Source: Cyanophora paradoxa CCMP329
Taxonomy: Eukaryota; Plantae; Glaucophyta
Assembly: GCA_004431415.1 (NCBI GenBank)
Contig: QPMI01000682.1
Span: forward strand, 84,248-148,247
Direction: 5' to 3'
DNA: 64,000 nt
The notes under the pieces are model-generated. The model did not search any database. It was not told the DNA's origin and saw only the letters and a program-made list of their open reading frames with translations. Position numbers and translations under genes: made by a program. Shown here piece after piece: positions 39,924 through 51,826 of the stretch (position 1 is its first letter; the number at the start of each line of letters is the position of its first letter).

Positions 39924-42016
39924 GGACTTTCCGGTACCCGGAAAGTTCACGACCGCAAGGTCGTCGCGCCGCATAGGCGTCCCTGCTGCTCGTCAGAGCC
40001 TCTCCCGATGTCCACTGCATCTCTGGTGCGTGCCGGACCGCGGCGGTGCCCGCTGCGACGGTCGGCCGACACTTTCCCCAGATTCCCGGCATCGGCTCGC
40101 TGGGCGTCACACGCATCGGGCACCTGAATCATGGTGCGAACCATGCCCATGCGCGCCGGACGGCGTCGCCGCGCCGAATGACGCTGAAAAGTGTCTCAGG
40201 CTCCTTGCACGCCGAAAGGCGCATCTGGACCGCCCTCGGGCATCTGAGTCGTGACGAAAGCCATCACTACGTCTACGGTGCGCGCCGGAGAGCACCGCCG
40301 CGCCGACTTCGCACGCTGATACGTGCCCCAGGCCCGCCATTCTCGTTGCGAAGCTTTCGTTTGTGCACCGCAAAGCGCTATTCATTGTCGCCAGTCCCCT
40401 GCTTTGCCCCGCGGAGGCGCCGCCGCCGCGTGCCGCTCCGCCGGCGCGCCTTGCCCAGACTTCGCCAATCTCACCCGCCGCGGCAACAGCTTTGTCTGCT
40501 CCAATGACTACGCCTTCCTCTGCCTCGTCGGTCTGTTCCGCGCGCCCAGCCGGCACGTCGCTTGCTCACCTTGTCCGTTAGATGTCGGCATTCCCCAATT
40601 CCGGGGCGGACGGCGTCATACCTGCGCCTGGCACGCCTTCACATTCGGCTCTATCGCCTTCTTGTGCGCCCCGCCCGCCTGGCGCGTCCACTGCCTAACC
40701 GACGCACACTGCCCCGCCGCGCCCTCACTTTGTCTGTCCGCTAGGGCTCCCCCGGACGCGCCGTCTCACAGCTGCCGCTTGCTGGTCCGCATCCCTCGCG
40801 CTCTGTCGGCTCTCAGCTGATCCCCTCGCAGCGCGAGCTCGATCGCTTCGGCCGCCGATGCGGCAGTTGACGCCGCGCCCCGCCGCCGCACTCTGCCTGT
40901 GAGCTCGAGGGCCCGCCGCCCGCGAGTCCCCGCTCGCAGCTGATCTCCCCCAGCCGCCGGTGCCGCCAGCGCCGCGCCCCGCCCCGCATCCCGCCCGCCG
41001 GGCCCTGGTCCGCCGCCCGCGAGTTATCTCCCAGCCCTCAGCTGATCCTCTAGATCTTGCAGCGCAGCTCAACCACACCGAACGCCGGCGCCGCACCGCC
41101 ACCGTCACCGCGCCCCGACGCCGCATCCTGCCCTCGGGCTCGAAGTTCGCCCCCCGCGAGTCCTCTCAGCTCTCAGCTGCTCACAATCCGCACAGCGCGA
41201 GCTCTTTCTACCTTGGCGCGAACGTGTTCACCTCGCCGCCGCCGCCGCCTCCTGCCGCTGCTCCCTCCCCCGCCCCTCACGTTCCTCCTCTTGCCGCCTC
41301 CCCGCGCACCCGCCCCGCCGGCCCTTCGGGCCCCGGGCCCTGCGGCGGGCCCAAGGCACCCTCTCTCGCGCTGGTTCGCGGGCTACCCCGCACTTTCGGA
41401 GGCGCCGCTGCCGTCTCCCCGCTCGCCCGTCGCCTTGCCCCGCCGGCCCGCCGGCCCCTCGGGCGCGTGCGGCCGTCGCCGTCGCCTCGCTTTGCCACCC
41501 CCGCCCCGTTCTCGCGGCGGCCGCCGCCCCGCTCACCCGTCGCCTTGCTCCGCCACCCCGCAGGCCCGCCGCCCCTCGGGTGCGTGCGGCCGTCGCCGTC
41601 GCCTCGCTTTGCCACCCCCGCCCTGTTCTCGCGGCGGCCGCCGCCCGCTCACCCGTCGCCTTGCTCCGCCACCCCGCAGGCCCGCCGCCCCCGGGCGCGT
41701 GCGGCCGTCGCCGTCGCCTCGCTTTGCCACCCCCGCCCCGCCCGCGCGGAGGCCGCTGCCTTCCATCCCGCCGGCAACGTGCGTGCGGCTGCCGCCGTGC
41801 CTGCACCGCGGCAGCCGCCGCCCTTTCTAGAGCCACGGGCCCAGACCTGTGGCCGACTTTCTGAGCAGCTTGCTCTCTCCTGTTCCCTTTTCCGTTAGAA
41901 GGACTAGACTTGAACAAAATTGTTCTCCTGCCTGGGCCCGCCCCTCTGTCTGAACGAAGGCTTTTTTGAAATTTTTTGCCTTCGACCTGCAAAGTAGACT
42001 AGGCCTGTAGTTAGGA

Positions 42017-42056
<40 letters not shown>

Positions 42057-42633
42057 CGGGCTAGGACGAGGGTGCGCGCATAGGTAAGGACGCGCCCGCT
42101 CAGGACCCCACGGCGGCGACGGGAGCGGGAGGAGGCCAAGCTGGAGGAGACTCGAACGCGGCGTCGGCAGGGCCCAGCCGGGCCCGTAAGGCCGAGGTTT
42201 AGGAGCTTCGGCTCCCCACGTTCGGCCAGCGACGACCTGCTCCCAACACCCCGCCGCACCCGTGGACTTGGGCGGCGCGATTCAAGACCCAGCGCAACAA
42301 CCTGAACCTACCCTCCCATCTCTCCCTCCCCACCTCCTCTCTCAACTCCCCCCCTCACGAGCGACCCGCGGCCATGTTTTAGAACCAGCAAGAGGGCATC
42401 TAGGACCGTGTAGCTCAGCATGCCTACGCCTCCTACTTGAGGACCGGCGCATATTATGTGTTGGGGGCGACCTGACGGCTACAGCTTCAGCATCAGCTCG
42501 ACTACGACAACAAGCTATAGAACCGAGCTCGCCCTTTTCCTCAGTGTAGCTTGGCTTTCCCAGTATCCGGTAGGCGCGGAGCGGGGGACTGCTGTCATGT
42601 GTGTACGAATGGAGCAGACTTTCCAAAAAAAAA
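39924..42633 (+). mobile_element. 2.7-kb GC-rich non-autonomous retroposed element
   Basis: 20-bp TSD TCTGCTATTAGATGAAAGCG (39904-39923 and 42634-42653); A9 tail; long G tract at ~42018-42056; no recognisable enzyme ORF. Confidence 0.88.
41405..41745. repeat. About three copies of a 115-117-bp GC-rich tandem repeat
   Basis: GCGTGCGGCCGTCGCCGTCGCCTCGCTTTGCCACCCCCGCCC at 41465, 41582 and 41697. Confidence 0.85.
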
Positions 42634-42884
42634 TCTGCTATTAGATGAAAGCGATTGTACAGCTCATTGTTATTCCAATGAAGGCATGTTAGCAATTGAT
42701 ATATTCAGTTGTGGTAAAGAAGCTCAGCATAAAACACAATCAGTAGCAGATGAGATCGATAAAACAATGAATTTCCTCACATTTGAGAAGACTGAGAGAC
42801 ATAAACATGATAGATTTCCGTTTTGATAGGTTTCTATAATGATAATCAGGGCGATTTACCTTTTTTATTACAATAACATTGATC

Positions 42885-42931
42885 AGCTACTGTTACAAAA
42901 GGATATAATATATCCTTTTCCTACAGTAGCT
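42885..42931. terminator. Hairpin downstream of AdoMetDC copy 2
   Basis: AGCTACTGT..AAAAGGATATA-A-TATATCCTTTT..ACAGTAGCT. Confidence 0.5.
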
Positions 42932-43117
42932 TTCTACAATGATTATTTTCCAGATTCCGGACATTTTTTACGATAGAATTCTACTGTATGATGAAGCCAA
43001 AATATGAATACACCCTAGATTTAGCAATGTCAAATCATTGGAATAATGTTCGATTTCCTAACACTTAAACCTCAGAATCTCCCCTAGATTCCCCCTATTA
43101 TATAATATTTATATTAA

Positions 43118-43426
43118 AGTGGACTCAAGGTTGACTCATATTAATCGTAAAAGTAGTAATAGTATATGGATTTTGTTACGAATTCAATGCAAGGGTTGAC
43201 TAAGTGGGTTGAGTTGACTCAAATTTCACAGGAAATAACAATGAATCAGAGTATAAAATGCATTTTTTGAATCAACTACACCAACTAACACTGAGATTTT
43301 CACAATATATGAGGTCATTACTGAATATGGTTTGTGTCACAGGTGTCACAGGTTTATCCCAGCTCGGACCCTATAAAGAGTGATTTTCCCTCTCGATGGG
43401 ATGGACCTGTGACACCTGTGACACCC
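43118..43426. promoter_or_regulatory. Putative origin cassettes of segment C (GTTGAC repeats, then flipped type II iterons)
   Basis: GGTTGACT-like direct repeats at 43120-43220 with inverted CAACT at 43272-43287; CATTACTGAATATGGT box at 43316-43331; perfect 20-bp inverted repeat 43334-43353/43405-43424 made of TGTGACACC units. Confidence 0.5.
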
Positions 43427-43677
43427 AATTATTTCAAAAAACCTAAGGGTCCCCCCTTAGACTCAACAAAACAATGATAAAATCATATAAGTTTCATGTA
43501 TAATTACGATTGAATTCAATAAGAGATCGATTTGTTAATATAAACAAATGAATCATTTATGGATCTTAATCGAGTTTAGCGATATGTTTCCGATTAAATG
43601 AATTAAATTTAATTAAATTTAATCGAGAAAGTACATGAATATAATATCGATTAAATCAATTAACTTTTAGACCCATC

Positions 43678-43705
43678 ACACATAGTAAAATGCGGAGTTT
43701 TAACC
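43678..43705 (+). repeat. Inner arm of the 28-bp terminal inverted repeat of segment C
   Basis: ACACATAGTAAAATGCGGAGTTTTAACC; exact reverse complement at 60511-60538. Confidence 0.9.
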
Positions 43706-44885
43706 AGAGGCAAGATCTAATTGAGATTCAGTTATATTATTCGGAAATATATACAGATTATCGATTAACTCAGTAAGACTAATCGGAAAATAAGAGAGAT
43801 TTACGATAAAATATCGAAAAGAATACAAAATAATCGAAATAAATGAATATTCGATAAGATATACACAGATTTTTTTTTATCAATGAATTCGCACACACCG
43901 AGACAATACGGCTAATGATAGAACTGAGGTGTCCGTAAAGTGTCAAGTCGAAAGATGAGCCTACTGGTTACGCCGGGTAGGGAACCTATCAGCCATCGGA
44001 CAGGGTGGAGCTAGTCAAGGAGACGTAAACTAAAGCAAAGCTAACCCAGAGCAGAGAGCTACTACCTATACATCTAGCCTAGCTTAGGACTAGGCTACAG
44101 AGAGGACTACCCAGGGGTCTACGAGTGCTGCCTGCTAGTGCTGCCTGCCTAGGGACCGTCGGGACGTCCGGAGCTCGCGGGCTGTTCTACTGTACGGTAG
44201 GAAAGCCAGGACGGACCCGCGGTCTAATCTGCCTACTCTCGACGCGGCCGCGACTACAGCTAGCGCGGCGGGCTCCGCGTCGAGGGGCCGCTCGCCCGAA
44301 GCGCGGGTGGAAGCACGTCGGCGTAGAGGGGCCGAGGGAATGAGGCGAGGGGGACGTTGCGGGGAAGAAGTGGGGCGGGACGGAGAAGGTCGGCGCCGGC
44401 CGTGGCGGGGAGGGGAGGGTCGGATTTCTCGGTCAGCAGGGCTTCCAGCCTCGAACCAGCCGCCGCACCCCGCCGCGGGCAATTGCGAGCCCCCCTCCGC
44501 GGCGGTCCTTCAACCCACGGTCCTGGCACGATGGCCGGGTATCTGGTGGGTGCAACGACCAGCCGAAGCCTTCCGCCAAGCCTTCCGGTCCATCGTTCCT
44601 CCCTGTCGAGGCGCGAGGAGCGTTGGCGAGGTCGTGAGTGGGAGGCAGGGCCAAGAGAGCGAGCAGGAGGGCAGAACGGGAGAGGGAGGCAAGGCAGGCG
44701 CTCGCTTGGGCGGGGCCCAGCGAGTCGGACGGGGCGGCTATATCTAGTGTGTGCGAGGCTAAGAGTAGAGCAGGGAAGTTTCTCGAGGACTAGGTATGGT
44801 GAAGTAGTAGGTAGGTGGTGTCGAGAGTCTCCTCCCGACGTAGCCCCCCCCCCCCCCCCCCCTTTCGCGCGACTCGGGGTACCGT

Positions 44886-47800
44886 TTAGAGCGGGCTAGG
44901 ATGTGGCTCCCAAGGGCGTACCTTGACGCAATCGTAGAGCTCTTGGGCGCGGAGCGCCGCCTTCCAGCCCGCGTACTCCGGTGGGCAGTCTGCGTTCCGA
45001 GCGGCGTTGAGTAGATTGTGAAGGCGAATCGGCCCGTCGCAGGCGGCGCAGACTTCCTTACAGGTCCGGGGCCGCGGGCCCGCTCTCGGGCGCGGGCGCC
45101 CGTGCGGGCGGGCGCGGTCGCTTCTTTGAGGCCTGGGAGACGCGGCAGTCGCGTTCCCACTCCGCGTTGATTTCGCAGCGACGTGACCAGAGGCGTCGGG
45201 CCCGCTCCAGAAGCGTCTGCCGAACGCGTTTAGCTGCGCGTGCCGCGTACCGGGGTGCAAGGTTCAGGCAGCGTGCGAGGGCGCTTTCTAGACTCTGCGG
45301 AGCAAGGCCCTGGAGCACCCAGAGGCGCGGGTACGCGTACGGCCTACCATCGTAGCTGCGCGCCTCGGCGTCGTCGTCCGCGACGCGGAGGAAGATTGGG
45401 ACCAGGTCGGGGGCAAGGAGGGCTCCTGCTGGCGGCGCTGTGAGTCCGTGGGCCTCTCTGTATGCGCAGAGCAGAAGTCGGTTCAGTTCGCGAGCAGTCT
45501 CCGCGCGGTGCGCGACCGCATGCGGACCCGGGCACAGGAAGACGTGCGGGAAAGTTTCAGTCGGGCCTGCGGTAAGAGCCGTCGGTGCCCGGTTCGGGCG
45601 GCTGGGCCCGCTGCTGGTTGGGCATGCGAGGCCTCTGGTGCAGTCTGGCTGTTCTGTGAGGCTGTCGGGCCGCTAGTCTCTGCACGAGGGAAAGGCGTTC
45701 TGGTGGCGCAGCCCGCACAGCGTCCCCCAGGGTTGCAGGCGGCGTAGAGTTCCTTCTGGTCACGTACCCGGACTTCGTTCGCTGGTAGCGAGCTACAGAG
45801 CAGCTGCGTCCGAAACTTGAATAGCGCGTTGCGGGCTCCATTGGCGCCTTGGAATCGGGAGCCTACGCTCGTTTCCGCATATAGCCCTGCTATGTCTGCG
45901 CCGTCGGCGCTTCGGCGCAGGAGCGCGCCAGCCAGCGGTTGTTGGGTCCAGGCAAAGTGCGTCTGGTGCTCGTGAAGTGCGTCCATGTGTGCCTTGGGTC
46001 CCCTTCCACCCGTCGTGTGCGCCCGTCGGGTCGCTGATGGTGAGCACCGCAGGCATGCTGAAGGCCGGCGGCAGAAAGAGAGGTTCATGCCGGTTTTCGT
46101 CCGCCAGATCCAGGTCGGCCGCCACGTTCGCTCCGGCGTCCGCGATGTCGTTGTGGGGTCGCGGGCGTCGCCCTTCGCGTGCGCTTTGACTTTGACGAGT
46201 TTGAGCGGCCGCCCGCGCTCCTCTAGCATTGTCCTGAGCTTGCTCCATGCGTACAGTTCCGCGGAGCAGGCGTGCCGGATGTATTCCCGCGGGCTGCGGC
46301 AGCTCGCGTGCTGGACGAAATCGGAATACCAGCGGATCGCGTTCATGTTGTCGACGTGTAGAACCGCTCCGAAAGGCGAGAGCAGGTCAGCCATGAGCGC
46401 CGCCTGGAGTTCCGCCTTGTTGATCTCCTGCAGGCCCCGGAGCCGGGCAAAGAAGTCCGTGAGGATACCCGGCGGGTGCAGGCTTGCGCCAGTTCTGAGG
46501 TCCGTTTCCGGCCAGTGTACTGCGTAGCCCGCGCGAGCGTTAACCGTCTGGCCCTCTTTCAGGCTCCCGTCCGTCCAGGCGTACGCTGGGGCGTCGGCCA
46601 CGTATGAGCCGCCGGACGCCGCCTCGGCCTCCAGGTGCTCTTTGCGGTAGCGGGCTTCGAGGCCCTTCCAGGTCTCCAGGTATGCAACCCAACTGTACGG
46701 ATCGGCCTGATAGTAGTATAGCTCGCGCGCCTCCTTGTTGGAGCTGACCGGGGGCGCTTCATCTTGCGGCAGGGGGGCAAGTCGGGCGGGTTCGCCTCGA
46801 GCGTGGCGAGGTGAGCGGCGTCGGGCTCGGAGAGGAGGTGCCAGTTGACCCTCTCATCGCCCTCCTGCTTTGCCTGCAGCAGCATCCGCCATCGGTGCGC
46901 AGTGATGGTCGCGGCCGCCTGCCTGAAGGGCTTGAAGTATTCAAGACGGGCTTGGCGCAGGACCTGGCGACTGGCGCGCCCCGAGCGCGTCTGTACCTGC
47001 CCCTCGCATTCTTCCACGGGGGCGCCCGACACTTCTACTAGCTCCACCGTGCCGGGGATCGTGCAGAGTGCGGACGCGTGCTCTACCCATCCTCCCACCG
47101 CCGTCCCGTACTTGCCCTCGTCATCGCAGGTGCTCGTCGCCCGGCAGGCCGCGCCGGCGCCTTGAGGGCAGACGTGGTTGTCGTGCCAGTGGCGGCGGCC
47201 CTCTCCCGGTACGATATTAAAGCGGCGCGCAGCTGGGGCGGGCGGCCCTTCGCGGGTCCGAGCTGACAGTGGCCATCGCAGCGGCAGTAGGCTCCGTTGG
47301 CCTCGTCGTCGGCCTCTTCTGGGACGGGGACCCAGTGCTCCAGCCGGCACTCCGTCGCTACTAGGCTGCCGGCCTCGGCCTCAGCGGAGCGGACCCGGCC
47401 GATTTCCGGTACCGCATCCGTCTCGTGAATCGTTGCGAGGTCGTAGTAGCAGACGAAGTCTCCCGGTTGGTGAATTAACTTCCTTGCCCCGCCCGGAAGC
47501 TGTACCATGGCCGAGGAAGGGGTACCGGGCGGTTGCCGCATGGGGTATCGGAGGGCGCCCGAACCGCGCCCGTCGATCGTGAGGCCTTGGCCACCGCCTT
47601 CCACCAGGCGGGCGCTGCCCAAGGGAGCGTGCCGCGGGGGCGCGGAGGTGCAGGTCTCGCCAGGTGCAGAGGCGTTCCCCATCGCGCGCCGTGACGTCGG
47701 ACATCCAGTAGAGCCGTGCGCGGTGGAGGGCGGGCGCAGCCGTGCTGAACACTTCCCGGGGAATGTGTGAGGTAAGCACGAATTCCCGGCGCAGTTCCGC

Positions 47801-50800
47801 GGGGTCGGGCCAAGTGGCTGCGGGGGGTACGGCGTGAACAAGAAGCGGGCGTGGTTGGACTGGATCCGGTAGAGCCGGCGCTGCAGGAGCGGCATCACTG
47901 CGGCGATCGCATTCGATCGAGCAAGCTGGCGTGACACTGGGGCGTTCAGGAACTCGGTCGGCAGCAGCGGGACGCCTAGCTTGCGCTGGAGGTCCGGATG
48001 CGGTGCATCATCACCTGAGATAGCAGCTCTTCCGGCTCGCCACAGAGGCGGACGAGCAGATCCGTGATTTGGTTCTTGGCCATCAGGTGCGCTGTGCGCG
48101 GCAGGCTGTACGTGCCGTGGCTCCAGAGCGCGTAGTTGGAAGTCGATGCCGCCAGGCCCCATGGTGCTTAACCACGCGCATCCAGATGGCATCTAGGCGA
48201 TCGCACTGCCTCTCTGTGAGCGGCGTCACTTTGAGCCCGTAGGCGATCCGCGCCTGCACGACGGCCTCGACAACGTAGCAGGCCTCTTGCGCGGTCAGCT
48301 GCTTACGAGCTATGACCGCCACCGTCTCGCGAGCCTGCGCTTCCATCTGTCTGATCTGCTCCTTCCACGACAGGTTCGCGGTCAGGTAGACGCCGAGCAG
48401 CTTGAAATGCTCGCCCGGTTTCAGCTTCTTGCCGACCGGACGCGGGGATTGCCGAGCAGCGGGGGTTCAGGCTCGGGTGAGATGTTGTTGTACGCAAACT
48501 CTGTTTTTCGCGCGTTGACGGCGATGTCGTGCAGGCGGAAGAATTCAGACGCCACGTCCGCGAGCATCTGGATCCCTTCGGCCGATCCGCTCATCCACTG
48601 CGTGTCGTCCGCGTAGGCGCTCCCGGTCACCCGTGCGGGGGCGAAGTCCGCGTCGTCTTCGCCCATGCCCATGACGTACGCGACCCCCGCGCCCCCTTTT
48701 CCTGCTCGAGCCTGTCCAATTCTTGTTGAGCGCAGAGCAAGGCATCGTAGAAGATGAGCCAGTGGAGCGGGGATTCGATGCCGCCCTGCGGGAGCCCACA
48801 TTCGAGTTCAAACACGTCTGACAGTCCGTGGCCCGTGATAGCTCGCGCCCGGCGTCGTTCGAATATGTTGCGGTGCAGGTCGATGTACGTCTCGGGGGCC
48901 CCGATGCGTCGGAGGGAGAGCTCCATGCTGGCCCAGGAAACTGAATCGTACGCCCATCTGATATCCTGTAGCAAGAGGTAGATGGGCTTGCGGTGCTCCT
49001 TAGCGTCCTCTAGAATAGCGACCATTAGGTGAAGGGCATCATCTGTCGCCTTAGCCTTCCTGAAGCCATAATTTACCCCCTTAAGGATTCCGTGCTTCTC
49101 GATGGCCTCGGCTAGCCGTTTCGTGACGAGGCCCGTCGTTAGCTTGAGGCCAACTTCCTGCAGCGTGATCGGGCGGAGGTTCCCTTCAATGTCTCCGTCC
49201 CAGCTCCCGTTCTTGGGGATCCCGAAGATATTGCTCTCACACATCTCGGCGGGCAGGTCGCGCAGACGGAGGGCCTCGCAGACGATGGCCATCAGGAGCC
49301 GACGACCGCGGGGGGGGTACGCCTCTGGATCCATGGCGTCCGGCAGGTCGGGGTTCCAGAGCGTCTTCAGGATCGCGTTCGTGCAGTTGGAGGGCCCTCC
49401 CGCTCCATCCGTGAGCGAGCGCACGTGTGCCCCTAGCTCTTCGTACGTAGGCTCAGCCATGACTCCCGCGAAGGCTTCCGCGGTCGCCACGTGCGTCCCG
49501 AGGGGGCGGTAGAGCGCGCGCCAGAAGTCGGGGGGCAGGAAGGCGAGCTGGGAGTCGGGTATTAAGTCCGCTGTGCACCCTACCAGGGGGTTTCTCTTCG
49601 CACACCACTGACGCCAGTGCTCCGCCATCACTGCCTTCACCTCCTCGGGGGCCGTGTAAATTTCATAGAAGTTGCCTTCGCGCGCCAGGCGGGTGACGTG
49701 CATGATCGGCTCCCCCCTGGACCGCTCCAGAATGGAGTCTAGATAGCTGCGCAGCTTGCGCGGGTCTGCAAACCGGGCCTGGCGCGCAGTAACGAATTCC
49801 TGGATCTGTCGCTGCTTCTCTGCGCGCGTCTCGTGTTGGTGGCGCCGGCGGACGCGGTTGCGCCATGCGTTCAGCGACCGGAAGTACAGCCGCCACGCTA
49901 CGTAGCGCCCCGGGAACGGCGCCTCGTCGTCAGCGTCGCGTACGGGGCGGCGGGCATGGGTTCGGGTCCGGGACGAGCCCTTTGATGAGAGCCTCCAGTT
50001 TCTCGATCCGGGCGACCAGCGGGGCCGACGGCAAGCCTCCGGGCGCTTCAACAGTCCATCCAGCGATCAGGCGCTCCACTTTCTTGGACATGACCAGCTG
50101 CCACGGCACCGCTCTGCGAGTGGGCGGGCGCGATCCGCGGGCTTTCAAGCATTTGTGTTCCTTAGCGAGCGTCAGCACCGCCTCCGTGGCCTGTCGGTAG
50201 AGAGAGCTGACCCGGTCCCTGCGCTCTTGTTCCGTGCCCGCCGCGCCTAGCGCTTTCTCAAGATCGCTTTCCAGGGCTTGCAGACGGTCTTCTACAGCCT
50301 TTCGGAAGGCCGGCAGCTTCTCCTTCTCAAGTAGGTGCGGTGCGAAGAGCGGCGGCGGGTGCGCCGGGCGGGCATCGCCCGCGGGCGGTCTGACGAGTTC
50401 GGCTTTGAGCAGATCGTAGTCGGCCATGACCGGGAAGTGGTCAGAGGGTGCGGTAGCGCCACCTCTGGCGGCAGCGGGTGCACCGCCAGGAGCGCTGGCG
50501 CGAGACCTGCAGAGTGCAACACCGCATCGATACGTCCTGCCGAGATGACCGCGGCGCCTTCGGCGACGGCGGGCCCGTCCATTTGCTGGTCCTGTTCCGA
50601 GTCCGAGTCGTCGGCGCCGTCGTCCCCGCCATCCTCTTCGGCGCCGTGCTGGCTCGGGCCGCGCCTGATGAAGGTAACTTCGTGTTCGTGGCCTTTCTGT
50701 GTCGCCGCGTCAACTAGTGCCCAGGTGCCGGTCAGTTTTCCCCACCACTCGCGTTCCGGCGTCCAGGACTGGACGAACCGTCCCGCGCGGATGCGGGACG

Positions 50801-51451
50801 TGGCCGGCGTCTTCACGGAGTTCCAGTCGCCGAGAAGGATGAGGTGCGCGGTCGAGCGCGATCGGAAGTCCGCGTAGATGCGCTCGATGCATTCGAGGAG
50901 CGCCGCCTGATCGGTCTTGTGCTCAGGCTTCCGCTGGGTGGCCGGCATGTATACGCTCACTACGAAGAGCTGGCGGTTTCCCTTGAAGCGCATTTCACAG
51001 CCGGCAAGCCGGCCCGGGTAGTGATAGTGGCGCGCGATGTGCCGCGCCCAGGGCGCCGCCACCCATAGCGCCGCTCCGTTTCCTTTCGGTTTTGTTTTCT
51101 TAATTGAGTGGATTAGGCGACCCCGCGTGATCGAGCTCTTGGGGGGCTCGCCGGGCTCCGCTGCCGGGGTGAAGAGCGCCGAGTGCAGTTCGGCGCGCGT
51201 GACTGAGAGCTCTTGGAGAGCCATCACGTCGACCCCCATTTCACGGCGAAGTCTTCGGCCTGCTGAAGCCGGCCCTCGGACGTGCCCCGCACGTTAAAGG
51301 TCATCATCCTGAGATTCCCCTCCGGCTTGTGGCGCATGAGCGATGGGGCGGGCCTATGAGGGGCTCCCTGAGGCGTAATGGGTGGTTGGGAAAAGGTCGC
51401 CAAACGAGATATGCCCGGAGCGTTAGTGTTGACGTCTACAGCGGCAGACAC
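44886..51451 (-). CDS. LINE polyprotein APE-RT-RNase H-Zn finger (many homopolymer frameshifts)
   Basis: TFNVRG/LQE/GDWN APE motifs; RPITL, QDI..AYDSV, PQG and YADD RT motifs; WTDGS/KAEL/VKVKAH RNase H motifs; CAGC...HVFLC finger. Confidence 0.9.
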
Positions 51452-51826
51452 GTTAGGGGGGTCGGACAGCGTCTAGGGTTGGAGGATGTCTGTGCTCGGC
51501 GGGACGCGCGCAGCGGTCCGACTGATCAGCTAGTTGGTCACATCTGGCTGCCCAGAGATGCGCGTGCACGTGGTTCCAGGCGTGCGTGTGCCTAGCCGCC
51601 CCGGACCCGTCGCCTGTGCGCCGCATCGTCCAAGTCTCAAAAGTCTGCGTTCGGGAAGCCGTCAAATTACAGCTGACACGTACAGTAGCGGCCTCGCAGG
51701 AAAGGGGCGCTAAATGCGCGTCTGGGCGGGAAATGGGCGATGCGGCTTGCCCAGCCTCAGCGACTTGGCGCTTGGGGGAGGAGGAGGAGGCGGGTCTGAG
51801 AGCGGGTCGGTAGAGAGCGGGTCGGC

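Larger units (their letters stand above)
39698..42826 (+). pseudogene. speD: AdoMetDC (copy 2) split by a 2.7-kb insertion
   Basis: The 5' half 39698-39923 ends ...LLLDES; the 3' half 42634-42826 reads LLDESDCTAHCYSNEG...RFPF*. Confidence 0.92.

Noticed and set aside
1-43870. Adenain-like maturation protease and left TIRs
   Set aside because: Not found in the window and may lie upstream; absence from the element is not claimed.
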